DNA of 64,000 bases from Rebecca billardiae RCC1528 (taxonomy: Eukaryota > Protista > Haptophyta): the NCBI GenBank assembly GCA_965240325.2, contig OZ251224.1, positions 62,001-126,000 of the forward strand. The letters run 5' to 3'. Below the pieces are notes generated by a model. It did not search any database, was not told the DNA's origin, and saw nothing but the letters and a program-made list of their open reading frames with translations. Of this stretch, positions 46,001 to 56,363 are shown piece by piece (the stretch's first letter is position 1; each line of letters opens with the position of its first letter). The translations under genes and the position numbers were made by a program.

Positions 46001-46610
46001 AATCCGCACACAGGTTGCAGACCGTACGGAGCGCAGCTTCGCGTGGGGTGCCAGGGGCATGTCCGAGCACTATGCGCAGCAGCGCTTCACATTGGGCCGA
46101 GCTCACGCAGAAGGCGTTGTCGAGGGCCGACCACCGTGGGGCCAGGGTGTTGCCAACCAGGCGGTCCAGTTCCACATGGCCTGCCTGTTGGTGGCGAAAC
46201 GCCCACTGGTGACCCGACGCCGGTGGGACGCAGATGTCCAGGAGCCGGAGGAGGCGCACCATGTGGGGGCTGCCAGAGAGGAGTTTGGCTGCGGTGCCAG
46301 TGCCCTGGCGGGGAACAGACTCTCCCGGGGCTGTCAAGTCCGGCCGGGCGCGGAGGGTGTGGTGCAGGGCAGTATCGCAGTCCCACCCTATGTGGGCGTG
46401 CCGCACTCCAATAGTAGAGAGCACCTTCACTCCCAGGGTGGCAGCGGCAATCTCAGAGTTCTGGGCTGACTGCTCGCCGGGGTACGTGGCTGTGAAGATG
46501 GTGATGGCATGGCGCTCGCCGCCCGGTGTGAGGGGTAGCGCATATGCCACAGCAGCTGCCCCCTGGCCCCTGCCTGGGACGTAGGAGCCATCCACTCCGC
46601 CTGTCTGTGT
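43002..46610 (-). CDS. LINE polyprotein part 2 (frameshifted): RNase H, zinc knuckle, OTU-like cysteine protease
   Basis: VDGS...SAQNSE...GWDC...NLCADWAS (RNase H); CLFC...HVFHQC; HGDCLLLA...LRAAAVDWV...GRDIAVF...YFDGTGHYEPV (OTU). Confidence 0.8.
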   Translation of the reverse strand, partial: TQTGGVDGSYVPGRGQGAAAVAYALPLTPGGERHAITIFTATYPGEQSAQNSEIAAATLGVKVLSTIGVRHAHIGWDCDTALHHTLRARPDLTAPGESVPRQGTGTAAKLLSGSPHMVRLLRLLDICVPPASGHQWAFRHQQAGHVELDRLVGNTLAPRWSALDNAFCVSSAQCEALLRIVLGHAPGTPREAALRTVCNLCADWASKQVARGDRQASFALGPMVWLPYRVSLMEHGSATLLPSCPNQVRTRVMDRARRAALEAHAATPAAAAKYRLKLAGPDSDQEPDHQGGTPLPCDVSESTHSLQNQWCRERISKFVLRCAVGALVYNADAVAATPALAGVRRRCTSSRATYALGTECLFCLKAGDPNPGPDSVHHVFHQCQHAHAQRNAEDRVGAAIRKASNGAIPQPEATRLAVQATLHPFYYAGKVTEATVTAVKQALAAHQPPGGQPVPYSAGMIHKPLALAASKIHDERRALSLSSAYAKTYDLDKYWALLHKQGRAAASQAEPAPAAEVAEPGPPAEDSPAPDELLQQQPAAAAPPAADAPASDAQAPAALGPGLAPAAASHPLPAQLLGPVQEGAAAGPPAAAHAGLAGAAMHGAQRGSRRRPRSPDADALAHQDDSGASGPPAQQRRLAAAAGSTPRTAGPPIDDVAAGHSQHPAHRRPSVRLPPMPAYVAVQPQWRGAATELLAAVGHAVYPTCMHGDCLLLAAMGYVEERAAAVGPCTAAYQAVRFLRAAAVDWVLGTAHLSRTHRLQLGLVDADGLEAISMSDSYRATYHGQGAQPTLHEFAGPLRAAASYGADGRLAAGGASRYWPTVMIPAVAAVMGRDIAVFQPRASQTAPAGGTAGRPESSDAVGHLVACTLYRHVPRWSSMNNPVYTDPQRWQHPQGGPAGAPADLRQQQSVRERLLARDPTLAAVYFDGTGHYEPVLPLPSRPGLEDRERCPTSNRRGKQPRDRPDDCPEDHGTGAGDGPRRLPDSSALPPPSTAAGTGKRPMHRACTGRPQSPVALAPPLGHPPGCSQGGASSSAGAQAPPVAPRGDPPVVGRGPPAKRSRPDSDTLQQPLWPGAPAPDQPRPPTPAVPEAPPLRKSARLCQRRTRGAAMTAAPHRQNDASRAPGAPTQPAREKPAGADLGQQPYMQASMSGGVASEPAPARKRKQPDAPAHTADAPANPAPGHRTLPPALRPTRHTGAHIT

Positions 46611-49600
46611 CAGCCAGCAGGCCGCGCACTGGCAGCCTGCCATCAGTAGGGATTTCGCGTTCGTGGGCCGCAGCCCGGTCCGCAGGGCCCAGGTGCCCGG
46701 TGAGCAGAAAGTTTTCCGGGGCGGTGAGCCAGTTGTCAACGAGCCCATCCAGCAAGGCATGGGCCAGGCGACCGCACATCCACTCCTGCGCGGGGTCGTA
46801 TGCACGGAGGGCCCTCCTGCCGTCCGCTGTGAAAAGGGAGAGGACAGCTGCTGCGGCTCCCCCATTGGTGGCGCGTATCATCTGCGCGGCGGAGGTCCCA
46901 CCATCACGCAGGATGCTCTCCTCCAGCATGCTCGTGTGGGCACGGCCCGGCAGGTTGGGGCCAGCCCTGGGCACTGCCATCTCGATCGTGGCACCCACAG
47001 TCATGTCGAGGATGGCGTTGAGCCTGGCAGTCCGGCTGCTGCGCTTCCGCCGAGACAGCCTATTGGAGTACGTATCCATGATGTGCTCGACACGCGAGCC
47101 GCACACCTCCCTGAGAGTGAGGAGCGCGAGTTCACGGTAGGTGGCCGGCGCCCACCGCGCCGCACCGGCCGGGCAGGTGTTCAGCGCGCGCAGCCCACCC
47201 TCGACGAACGGGGGGTACGCCGCAGGGGCAAACCCAGGCGAGTGCAGGCAGGCGTGCCACTCGCAGAGGGCGCTCCGGGTCAGGTGGCCATCTGCCGCCA
47301 GCGAGTTCGCAGCCTTCAGCAGAGTGGTCACCTTCTGCCCAGCATCTCTGGCCTGGGGATCCTCGGGGCCAATGCCCCACGTCTTGGCGGGGCCGCACGC
47401 GGCGATGCGCGCGGACGCGTGCGGCAGCCCAACACGCTGCCACACAGGGCGCAGGATCGTGGTGCGCATGCCGCGCAGCTCGTCTTTGGTGAGCTTGCTG
47501 GCACTGAGCTTGTAGTCCAGTGTGGACACCACATCGTGCTGGAGGAGGGTCCCTGTCATCACAGTATGGCAACAGGGGTCCATGGCCGCCACCCCCACGC
47601 GCCACGCAGCTTTCTGGAGGCGCTCAGCCACTTTCCGAGAGTGCGCGCCCCAGGCCAACTCCATGTTGAGGTGGTATCCGAGGTACGCAAACGACTCGCG
47701 GTGCGCCGGGTCCAGGGTGGGGACGGTGGCCACCGCCTGGCCGGCCCGGGGGAACAGCGGGGCGGCTGGGCCGGCCGGCTGGCACGCTCGCCCGCCGCGC
47801 GGGGTGCGCGCCGGCCTGTACGCGTGCACACACTTGGCGTGATTGAGAACCATGCCATGCGCAGCGAGGAACTTATGGAGGGCCTCGAGCTGGGCAGTGT
47901 TCTCCGCCGCAGTGGCGGCCACCAGGGCCAAGTCATCCATGTACCCCTGCACTTGGATGCGGGCTGTTGGGGGGCCTCTCTGCGGGAGGCGGGCAGTGGC
48001 ATCTAGCTGGAAAGTGTACCCGGTGGCGGACGTGGCTGTGAACCACTGGATGAACATGTTCATGAACAGGCAGAACTTGATGGGGCTCAGCGGGCAGCCC
48101 TGCTTGCATCCCCTCCGGATGGGCACCGGGTCAGTAAGACCATGTGGGGTTCTAGTGACAGCTGTGGACCCCTCGTCCAGCCGATCGAGGCTGGCGACGA
48201 GCTGAGGCGGGAATCCATGGAGGGCCAGGGCCTGCCTGAGGGACGAGATGGGCACGCTGTCGTATGCCTTGGCGATGTCGCACGCTGTGATGTGCAGCTC
48301 GCGGTTGTGCCGCTTGGCATGTGCGATGGCTGCAGTGAGCGCAGCCACATGCAAGTCGCCTTGCCCGCCCGCGCGCGACGCGGCCTGCTCTGGTCGGAGC
48401 AGCCCCAGCCTGTCGCAGACGTGCTGTATCTGGCTGGCCCGGTGGGCCGCGGCCATCTTGTATATCACGCTCTGCAGCGCGATTCCCCGGTAATTGCTGA
48501 GGGCGAGGGCGTCGCCCTTCTTGTAGAAGTACACAATCTCTGACTGGGTGATGTGCGCAGGGAGAGGAGAGGTGGAGTGCAGGATTGTGTTGATGCAGTT
48601 GATCAGCACCGTCTTCAGCGCAGGCTGTGCCTCCAGGACCAGTTTGAGGCTGCAAATTTGCACCTTATCGAGCCCTGGGGCCCCGTTGGACTTGGCCCTG
48701 CCCAGTATACGCTTGAGGTCCTCGGCGCGCATGGGCGCAGTGACTGCCCTTACTAGCTCGGGGGTCCACCTGTCCCTGATCGGCCTCCATATGGCTTCGT
48801 CCTCATAAGGGTGGGGCCCTGGGGTGCGTTCCGCCGGCTGGCCGATGTTCGAGGCAGTGTAGGCTGCAGCTAGCTCCTTTATCCGTGCAGGGTCGTCAGT
48901 GACACCTGCTTGGCCAGTGGTGGGGTCGGTGGTGTGGAGGAGGGTGAGCTCGAAGCCAGATGGCCTATCCCTGGGCAGGAGCTCCTTCCGCAAGTGGTGG
49001 GTACCTTTCCGGTGCATCTCACGGGTGAGCTTGGCATAGCGTTCCTTGATTCGAGCGGTCTCAAATCTGTGCTGGACACGCTCAAAGGCCATGAGGCAAG
49101 TTGTACATATCTGCTTGAGGTCGGCGAGCCACACTGCGATCTCGCGCTGGCTCAGCTGCCACAGCGCGTACAGGGTGGGGACACTGGCCTGGCCTGGCGG
49201 GGCAGTGCCCCCACCCGGCAGGGGCACCCCCATGTTTCGCTGTGCCATGGGATGAGCTGCGCGCGCTCCCCATATGTGCTCATGGGCACGGACTGCCCTC
49301 CTGCTGTTCGGCATGGCCAGCGAGCGGATCATCTTCCCCCTCTGTGCGGCTGTGGTGAGGCCTTCGAGGCACTCCGTGCGCCGGTGGGCCCTGCGCAGCT
49401 GCAGGATGCGAGTGACGGTGGCCACCATTCCCCTATACACTCTGTGCATGGTCAGGTGGGACTGTGCCCGGGGGTCCACTGCCCGGTTCTGGGGCCCGCC
49501 CACTGGGCGCAGCGGCTCTTTGGGGGCCTGTGCTGGGTCAGCAGCCCCCACTCCGTCCACAGCGAGGCTGGTAAGCTCTGCCAGCGTGTCAGGGAGGGCC

Positions 49601-52600
49601 TCCTCTGCCGCTGTGCGTGCTGCAGCGTCCATGTGCTCGTGGAAGTCAATGAGGTTGTTGTCATTGTACAGAGGGTGCATGGTGCCACTGTCATCCGCTA
49701 TTCTGGCCAGGGTTTGAGCAGCGGGGCCGCGGAGGGCCTGTACCACCTTGGCCCTATGCTGTGGGTCCGATGCGCTGAAGTAGAAGCGGTGGGGCTGCCA
49801 ACGCACGTGCACTTTCGGCCGTCGTATGTGGCCTAGCTTGCTGACAGGTATGTCGGCGATCATGAAGAAATGGGTGCTCCTACCCTCGCCGGTGGTCTGG
49901 AGAGGGATGCCGAGCGCTGCAGCAGGGTCACTGTGCCTGACGTGGCAGGCCAGGTCAGCTCTGTTCGAGAGCATGTACGAGATGCGTGAGGCGGTATTGC
50001 CACACACGTGGGTGTACTCAGTAGCAGGGTCAAAGGTGCCTGGCGGCTTCATGTTGTGCATGCCAGTCAATGACTCCATCAGATTCCGGAACGCGCACTG
50101 CGACTTGTTCTGATGCCTCCTGCGAGGGTCCAAGGCCACAGCCTCCCCCTGCTCCCAGACGGCGTTTGCATCGCCTGCTGCCATCCGTAGGGCATCTGTG
50201 CGCCCAGTGACCATGTCCGAATGCATTTCCAGGGTGTGGTGCAGGGCAGGGAGCACCGCGCTGCGCATGGCTGGGTTGCATGGGATATAGAAGCATGTGA
50301 GTTGGATGTGGTAGACATCCCCTGCTGCCGTGGCGAATATCAGGGTGCCCATCAGGAGGTGGCCTGCCACTGACTTGTGCATGGCACCCCCCTGCACTCT
50401 GATGTCCAGCTCAGCCATGGGCCTTGCAGGGTCCCTGCGGACAGCAATGGCTACCCCTTTGCCCGAGCTCTTATGGTGAGCAGGGAGGGGGTCGTGGTAT
50501 GTGGTGTACCCCTGTAGAATGTCTGGTGTGGCCAGGGCCTGCCGCAGGTTTGTCTCCTGTAGCATTACTATGTCCCACTGGTGGTCGTCCAGCAGGGTCT
50601 GGAGCATGGCCCTCCTGGATAGCTTGGCAATGCCCCCCACGTTGACGGACGCAATGGAGAGGCGCTGCCTGCCTGCACCAGGGCCTGGGTTCTTGGCCTC
50701 GCCTTGGCGCTGGCCATCGTCAGGGTCGCCGACACGCTGGTTGGACGTTGCATCCTCTGCTCGGGTAGGTTCGCAGCACTGAGGCCCAGCCCTGCCTGCT
50801 GCCCCTCCACTATGCCCTGCTGTGTCATGGCAGTGCTTCACACGCAGGTGCCACTTGTGCTTGGACGTTGCATCCTCTGCTCGGGTAGGTTCGCAGCACT
50901 GAGGCCCAGCCCTGCCTGCTGCCCCTCCACTATGCCCTGCTGTGTCATGGCAGTGCTTCACACGCAGGTGCCACTTGTGCTTGGGGGGGACATGCATGAG
51001 CATGGTAATCAGAAACAAGACAGCCTGCTTATGTGGCGCTTGCTGACGCCTGCGCTTGGCCGAGGCAGCACCTCTGCAGGCACGCTGCCCGGCAGCTGTC
51101 CTGCCATTGCACTGCCCCTGTTGGCGGCAGTGGTGCCACTGGGGCGCCCTGCCCCACTGCCACTGGGGCTGGGGCAAGGCCAAGCACCTGCGCCTGCGAG
51201 TGCGCTTACATGCTCTGCTCCTGGGCAGGCCGACCCATGTTGTGCCATGCACCAGCATCAGCTCGCGCGGGTGGGCTCTGCGTGCCTGTCGCCAACCTGG
51301 GCAGGGAGACTCACCCCGTGCACGCCGGGCCACCTCCGACCAGTAGTTGCGGCAGGCTGGCACTGTCGCTGCCTCATCCCGACCGCGCGCAGTGCCAGTG
51401 CTGCGCGGCACGGCAGACTGCTTCATGTCACAGCAAACATCATCACAGACGACCGCTGCTGTGGCGGGGGGCAGAGTGAGGCGACTGCGTAGTGCCAACA
51501 GCAGTAGCCAGGCAAGCACCTCAGCCATTATTCCTGCTGAGAGCACGGCCAGTGCTGGCTGTGCTCGCACGACGACGGTGACGAACGTCGGCCACACTGG
51601 GGGGGGCAGGGAGGCCAGGCCCAGCTCAGTCAAGCAGCCAGCAGCCGGCATCCGTGTGATCTGCATCAACACCAGCAGTGCTGCCACCACAGCGTGGGCC
51701 AGCCATACGATCCGGGCAGCGTGGTCGAAAGCGACGGGGCGAGACGAAGTGCCCACCTCGGCATTTACCTTCTCCGCCGCCTGGTCGCCAGCGAGCACGG
51801 TGGCCGTGGAGGCCATGTCGTGCGGCAGCATGCGGCCCGTGTCCTCGGCCATCGCCGCTGCCGCCCTTCGCATCCTGTCATCGGGGAGAGTAGCGACGGC
51901 GTTGCCTTTGGCGCAGCGCACGTGCGCGTTCGGCAAGCCCGGCTCGGCCGATGCCTGCGCCCCCGCGCCAGGCGTCTTGGCCCGAGCACCAGCACCGGCC
52001 CGCTGCGCGCGCGCGCCGCGGCGCCGTTTACCCAGCAACGGAGTATGTGGCGGGTCTGTCTGAGGTGTGGCATCATCGTCCGCACTGTCATCAGTCGCGA
52101 GGCAATGGTATCTCCCTCCGGTACTCATACTTGAAGGCGCATTCATCACAATTACTTGCCGGGCCATACCCGCGGCGCCAGGCGGCGCCACGGGTGCTTC
52201 GTTAATGTTATGGGCTCCCCACCAGGCGTGATAGTCATCACCCTGGGGCGCTGCTTTACCCCCCTTAGGTATCGTTGCACGCCGGCGTCGCCCTCGCCGT
52301 CGGGACGAATGTCGGGCTTTCACCAGCCTCCAACCGTCATTTTCGTCGCCTGGCCAGCTCTCAGCACCGAGGATGAGTCTAGCCCGGCCGGTGTCAGCAG
52401 GGCTGCGAAACTGAAAGGCTCCGCAGGCAGCCGGCCAGGCTGGGCACGGCGGGACCGAGGGCCCGTCCTGAACCAGCGCCACTGTCTGCCCCCGGGCATC
52501 GCCTACGACGTAGCCTGTGCACGGCAGCTCATCAGCCAGTGTCTGCTTGCTCGCTGGCAGCAAGCAGCGGTCATCCAGGCCATATCCACGGTGCGGGTGT

Positions 52601-53079
52601 CGCAGTAGTAGCTGCGCTGTCCCAGCCCCAGGGGCATGGCAGTCGGGTGTCACACCTAGTAAGCCGGTGGGGGCTGCACGTTTTAGGCCTGTGTGGGCCG
52701 AGGTGGTTTTGCCCCATCGGGCGGTGTTGTGGGCACGCAGGCTCAGCAGGCTGAGCCTGCACCCGGAGGACTCGGCGAGCGCGCTGGCGATGGGCCTGGC
52801 CGAGGATGTCCGGCTGGCTGTCACTTGCGCCGCCTGCACGTTGGAGCGCGGCAGCACGTTGGAGGGAGCATGTTGAGGGTCAGACCGTACGCCGTGGCGC
52901 CGCTGACCTTGCCCCGTGCCGTCCGTGGGCGGTGGGATCTTGTCAATGTCGAGGTCGTCGAATCGCGTCGGCCGCGTGCGCATTGGTGATGCACTCTGCG
53001 CGGTGGCAAGCGAGGCTGGTGGAGCGCTCGGCTCGGGGAGGAGAACGGATGGGTAGGCAGGGCCTCCCCACTCCGTCAT
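46453..53079 (-). CDS. LINE polyprotein part 1: hydrophobic N-terminal region, 2A-like GEAKNPGP, APE endonuclease, reverse transcriptase
   Basis: SIASVNVGG, DIVMLQET, KGVAIAV, AGDAN, SRISY (APE); APGLD, YKKGD, NYRGIAL, DIAKAYDSV, GCKQGCPLSP, YMDD at 47932-47943, FAYLG (RT). Confidence 0.93.
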   Translation of the reverse strand: MTEWGGPAYPSVLLPEPSAPPASLATAQSASPMRTRPTRFDDLDIDKIPPPTDGTGQGQRRHGVRSDPQHAPSNVLPRSNVQAAQVTASRTSSARPIASALAESSGCRLSLLSLRAHNTARWGKTTSAHTGLKRAAPTGLLGVTPDCHAPGAGTAQLLLRHPHRGYGLDDRCLLPASKQTLADELPCTGYVVGDARGQTVALVQDGPSVPPCPAWPAACGAFQFRSPADTGRARLILGAESWPGDENDGWRLVKARHSSRRRGRRRRATIPKGGKAAPQGDDYHAWWGAHNINEAPVAPPGAAGMARQVIVMNAPSSMSTGGRYHCLATDDSADDDATPQTDPPHTPLLGKRRRGARAQRAGAGARAKTPGAGAQASAEPGLPNAHVRCAKGNAVATLPDDRMRRAAAAMAEDTGRMLPHDMASTATVLAGDQAAEKVNAEVGTSSRPVAFDHAARIVWLAHAVVAALLVLMQITRMPAAGCLTELGLASLPPPVWPTFVTVVVRAQPALAVLSAGIMAEVLAWLLLLALRSRLTLPPATAAVVCDDVCCDMKQSAVPRSTGTARGRDEAATVPACRNYWSEVARRARGESPCPGWRQARRAHPRELMLVHGTTWVGLPRSRACKRTRRRRCLALPQPQWQWGRAPQWHHCRQQGQCNGRTAAGQRACRGAASAKRRRQQAPHKQAVLFLITMLMHVPPKHKWHLRVKHCHDTAGHSGGAAGRAGPQCCEPTRAEDATSKHKWHLRVKHCHDTAGHSGGAAGRAGPQCCEPTRAEDATSNQRVGDPDDGQRQGEAKNPGPGAGRQRLSIASVNVGGIAKLSRRAMLQTLLDDHQWDIVMLQETNLRQALATPDILQGYTTYHDPLPAHHKSSGKGVAIAVRRDPARPMAELDIRVQGGAMHKSVAGHLLMGTLIFATAAGDVYHIQLTCFYIPCNPAMRSAVLPALHHTLEMHSDMVTGRTDALRMAAGDANAVWEQGEAVALDPRRRHQNKSQCAFRNLMESLTGMHNMKPPGTFDPATEYTHVCGNTASRISYMLSNRADLACHVRHSDPAAALGIPLQTTGEGRSTHFFMIADIPVSKLGHIRRPKVHVRWQPHRFYFSASDPQHRAKVVQALRGPAAQTLARIADDSGTMHPLYNDNNLIDFHEHMDAAARTAAEEALPDTLAELTSLAVDGVGAADPAQAPKEPLRPVGGPQNRAVDPRAQSHLTMHRVYRGMVATVTRILQLRRAHRRTECLEGLTTAAQRGKMIRSLAMPNSRRAVRAHEHIWGARAAHPMAQRNMGVPLPGGGTAPPGQASVPTLYALWQLSQREIAVWLADLKQICTTCLMAFERVQHRFETARIKERYAKLTREMHRKGTHHLRKELLPRDRPSGFELTLLHTTDPTTGQAGVTDDPARIKELAAAYTASNIGQPAERTPGPHPYEDEAIWRPIRDRWTPELVRAVTAPMRAEDLKRILGRAKSNGAPGLDKVQICSLKLVLEAQPALKTVLINCINTILHSTSPLPAHITQSEIVYFYKKGDALALSNYRGIALQSVIYKMAAAHRASQIQHVCDRLGLLRPEQAASRAGGQGDLHVAALTAAIAHAKRHNRELHITACDIAKAYDSVPISSLRQALALHGFPPQLVASLDRLDEGSTAVTRTPHGLTDPVPIRRGCKQGCPLSPIKFCLFMNMFIQWFTATSATGYTFQLDATARLPQRGPPTARIQVQGYMDDLALVAATAAENTAQLEALHKFLAAHGMVLNHAKCVHAYRPARTPRGGRACQPAGPAAPLFPRAGQAVATVPTLDPAHRESFAYLGYHLNMELAWGAHSRKVAERLQKAAWRVGVAAMDPCCHTVMTGTLLQHDVVSTLDYKLSASKLTKDELRGMRTTILRPVWQRVGLPHASARIAACGPAKTWGIGPEDPQARDAGQKVTTLLKAANSLAADGHLTRSALCEWHACLHSPGFAPAAYPPFVEGGLRALNTCPAGAARWAPATYRELALLTLREVCGSRVEHIMDTYSNRLSRRKRSSRTARLNAILDMTVGATIEMAVPRAGPNLPGRAHTSMLEESILRDGGTSAAQMIRATNGGAAAAVLSLFTADGRRALRAYDPAQEWMCGRLAHALLDGLVDNWLTAPENFLLTGHLGPADRAAAHEREIPTDGRLPVRGLLADTDRRSGWLLRPRQGPGGSCCGICATPHTGRRAPCHHHLHSHVPRRAVSPEL
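50741..50984. repeat. Perfect 120-bp in-frame tandem duplication inside the LINE ORF
   Basis: 50741-50860 equals 50861-50980. Confidence 0.95.
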
Positions 53080-53093
53080 GCGCGCCCGCGCAG

Positions 53094-54483
53094 GTTGTGG
53101 GGGTCGTGCCTACGCACGCGGCGCCGCCGCCTCGCGCCCTCGGGGGCGAAGCGTGGCCATCATGGAACGTAACGGTGTCATATCCGAATCACTGGCGCGA
53201 TGTTGGCTCATCCGCGCACGCGCACACGCGAACGCGCGCACCTGGCACGCACGCGTCGTGCGGAGGCACGCGCACGCGCCGTCGTGGGCGCATGCGCGCT
53301 CGCCACTCTCTCCGCTGCCGCACCTCGCAGTGGGCCCGGCGACGGCACCTCCGCAGATGCGGACCTGCCCCTGCCGGAGGACTTGCGCGACGCGATGGCG
53401 CCGGCGACGTTCAGTCCGTGCATGCAACGCTACATCGGAGGGCGCTTCGACGGGCTGGGCCAGCAGCTGTGGAATCTGTTCGGCTGCGCCTATGCGCACG
53501 GCTGGGGTGGGCGCTACTTCGACATCCACCATTTCCTCGAGGCGAGCCGAGACGAGGTTATGACGCCGGTCCACTACGCGCACAAGCGCAAGCCCGACCC
53601 GAACCGCCCGGGGCGGCTCAACGACGAGCGCCACGAGGTATGGGCGTTCGAAGCGTCGGTCTTGGCCCAGTTCGCCTTCGTGCGGCAGATCGAGTTCCTG
53701 CAGGCGTCCGTGCGATGGGAGATGTCGACAAACGTGAGCGCGTACGCGTGCCCGCCACCCAACATCACATTCATCGTCACCCACTACGGCCTCCTGGCGG
53801 AGCGGCCGCCGGCGGCTCGGGCGACAGGCGGGCTGCCCGTGTGGGTGAGGAACGTAGACGCGTTCCGCGCCGCGCTGCACGCGAATCTCGCGCCCCGCCG
53901 GCTGCCGCACCACGCCGTGGTCGCGCACGTGCGCCTAGGCGACTCGCTGCACGCGCGCGGCGCCGCGCGCTCCAACGCTGTGAACGCCGAGCTGATGCTC
54001 GCAGCGGTCCGCGCCGTGCGCGCCGCGGGCTTCGACGGGCCTCTGCACGTGCACTCCGACGGCGACCCGTCCACGCACTTTGGCAACCTGACGTACACGT
54101 TCCACTCCGCCGAGGAAAACTCCTCGCTGCGCGCGCTCGCCGACTGCGCGCATGCGGCTGTGCTGCTCGGCGCAAACAGCGGGATGTCCGTCCTCGCCCT
54201 CCTCGCAGGCGCGCAGCGACTCGTGATCGCGCAGCCGCCTTCGAAGCCGAACAATTACAAGGCGCTGTTGCGCCGCCTGCGCAGACCAGACCTCGATGCG
54301 CCGCGGCCCGAGCTCTTTTCGTCGGCGCCGGCGCCGGGGCAGCTCGTCGCAGTTGTAAACTACGCGGAGCTCGCGAAGCGCGGCGGCGACGGCAGCGATG
54401 TCATCGATGCGGGGCTGCTGGCGGCGGTGGACGCGTCGCGCCGCGGCTATAGGCGGCCAGCAGCTCGCGGTGGACGGCGGTGA
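53094..54483 (+). CDS. GT11/GT23-like (fucosyltransferase-fold) protein, 5' end unresolved
   Basis: DGLGQQL, VVAHVRLGD, LHVHSD, LADCAHAAVLLGANSGMS; splice-acceptor-like cgcag at about 53093 and 53330. Confidence 0.6.
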
Positions 54484-54648
54484 TGATCGTCTAATCGGCG
54501 AGCCTGGACGTCGGACACCGACGTGTCATACAATAACTTATTAGTAACATAATATATATAAGTAAAATATATAACTTCGTCATCCAGATTATACTGTTCA
54601 GACAGCTGATTACGGTCACGGTGAGATTCAGTGTTGTCTACATACTGT

Positions 54649-56363
54649 AGGGGGGCCAAAGTGGCACTGTAGCGTTACTGACGGCCACGAGCGCGGGTCC
54701 TAGCGAGTGTTTAGAGCTGATTTCGGGCTGGATCATTTGCCCTCTGGAGGGGTCTGGGCCGGCCATGTAAAAAAATCAGGTGCACATACCCTGAATATAG
54801 GGCGTAACGGCTAGCATATTTACTTATTAGAATGAGCCTGAACTTATTGGAAACGGCATGTAACGGTCGTCCTATATGTGACATATAGACCATGTCGACC
54901 TCACTTTGTTAGAGCATCTCAGCGAGATCGTTCTGAGTCCCCAGCAGCAGCAGGTCCCAACATGCGATATAGGCTGTGTACTGGCAGGCTGTCAAATATG
55001 TAGTTTCCTAGAAGCCACCGATCGTTACATACCCACTGTGTATATAGGCGCCATGCTGATGAATACAGCCTCGTCTGATCTCGAGCTGCGAGATACGTTT
55101 TCAGACTGTGTATACGGCCACGCGTACGGCGTATTGCAGACATATTAGACCCAAAGCACCGGCCCCACGTCCTCAGCCCGGGAGTGCTCTCGGTCATAGT
55201 CAAGGTTTAAAGTCACTCGAGCCAACCGTCACCGCTCCCTGGCCGAGACCTACGAGGCAGGTCAAATCTGTCGTCGTCGCAGTGCGGCACAGTGCCGAGC
55301 ATGCGATTCGGCAGCAAACGTCTGCTCCAGGCGGTGGCTGGCGTGTCTGCACCAAACCAGGCTGGATGGGATTGGTCCACATAGGTACGCACTACCCTGT
55401 TCCGCGCTATTTCTGGGCTTAGGGGCGGATATTCGGCCTACAGAGGCTGATCCGGCGCTGTTCGGCGCTCCTGGCTGGCTGCGCGGAGCCCAACGGCAAG
55501 CGCCGGCGTGTGCAAGGTGTCAAGATTGAGACGGTCTCTGACGCTCCCGCCGGTCTTGGGCGCACCAGGGTGCATGAGGGCCCATCTGCATCTGCTTCTG
55601 CAGGCATGAGCGTCACAGGGGCGCGCTTGCAGGCACGGTCGAGTGCACGTCGGACCTGTCGAATGAGCCAACCGCTGCCTGCGAGCACGTCCGCGACGTC
55701 CTGAGAGGCGAATGGGAGGCGCCCAGACGCCATCAGAGGGCACACGTGACCCATACCCAACGTACTGACCATCGCAAGTGCCACGGCAGGTGCAAACACG
55801 GGCCCTACAAGCGGAACATGACAGTTGCGAGCTCCGCGGAGGTGCTGTGCGCGAGCTCGCGCCGGTCTGCTGACGGCGATTCCGGCGCAGTAGGGCAGGT
55901 TAGGCGAGCTGGGCATTCACAGACATACATGGACGATTGGTCCGAGCATCGATCTCATTGGTCCGAGTTGATCATGCGCCACAACGTGCGGTAGCGTAGC
56001 GGGCGTACGCAGCGCACCAATTCAAGCCGGCCGACGCGCGCCGCGCACGGCGCGAGGTGGCCAAGAAGCGGGTGGTGAGCCGCTGGTGGCGCAAAGGCAC
56101 GGGTCAGTAGCGCCCACCAGCGTCACGCGCGCGCGCACCCGAGACCATCTCGGCGTATCATGGGACGCGAGCGCGCGGCGGTCCACTGCCTCCGGCCGCT
56201 CGTGCTGGAGCGGAACCGAGCTCTGAGCGCCCGAAGGCGTCGGAGCTCGATTTTCGAGCGGGGTCCGAGAAAAAGGCTCCGCGCCACCCTAAAAGGCCGA
56301 GGGCGGAGCGAAAATGCGACGCGACTTTGCTTTTCATTTTTAAATGGGCGGTTTGGCCCCCCT
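54649..56363. mobile_element. 1715-bp non-autonomous DNA transposon, 12-bp [15 protein letters not shown], 9-bp TSD ACATACTGT
   Basis: TSD at 54640-54648 and 56364-56372; perfect TIR; lower-GC interior without a credible ORF. Confidence 0.88.

Larger units (their letters stand above)
42910..53079 (-). mobile_element. Non-LTR retrotransposon (LINE) with APE, RT, RNase H, CCHC knuckle and OTU-like domain; boundaries approximate
   Basis: Two long overlapping ORFs; CpG-poorer composition than the host genes; no TSD or tail identified. Confidence 0.9.
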
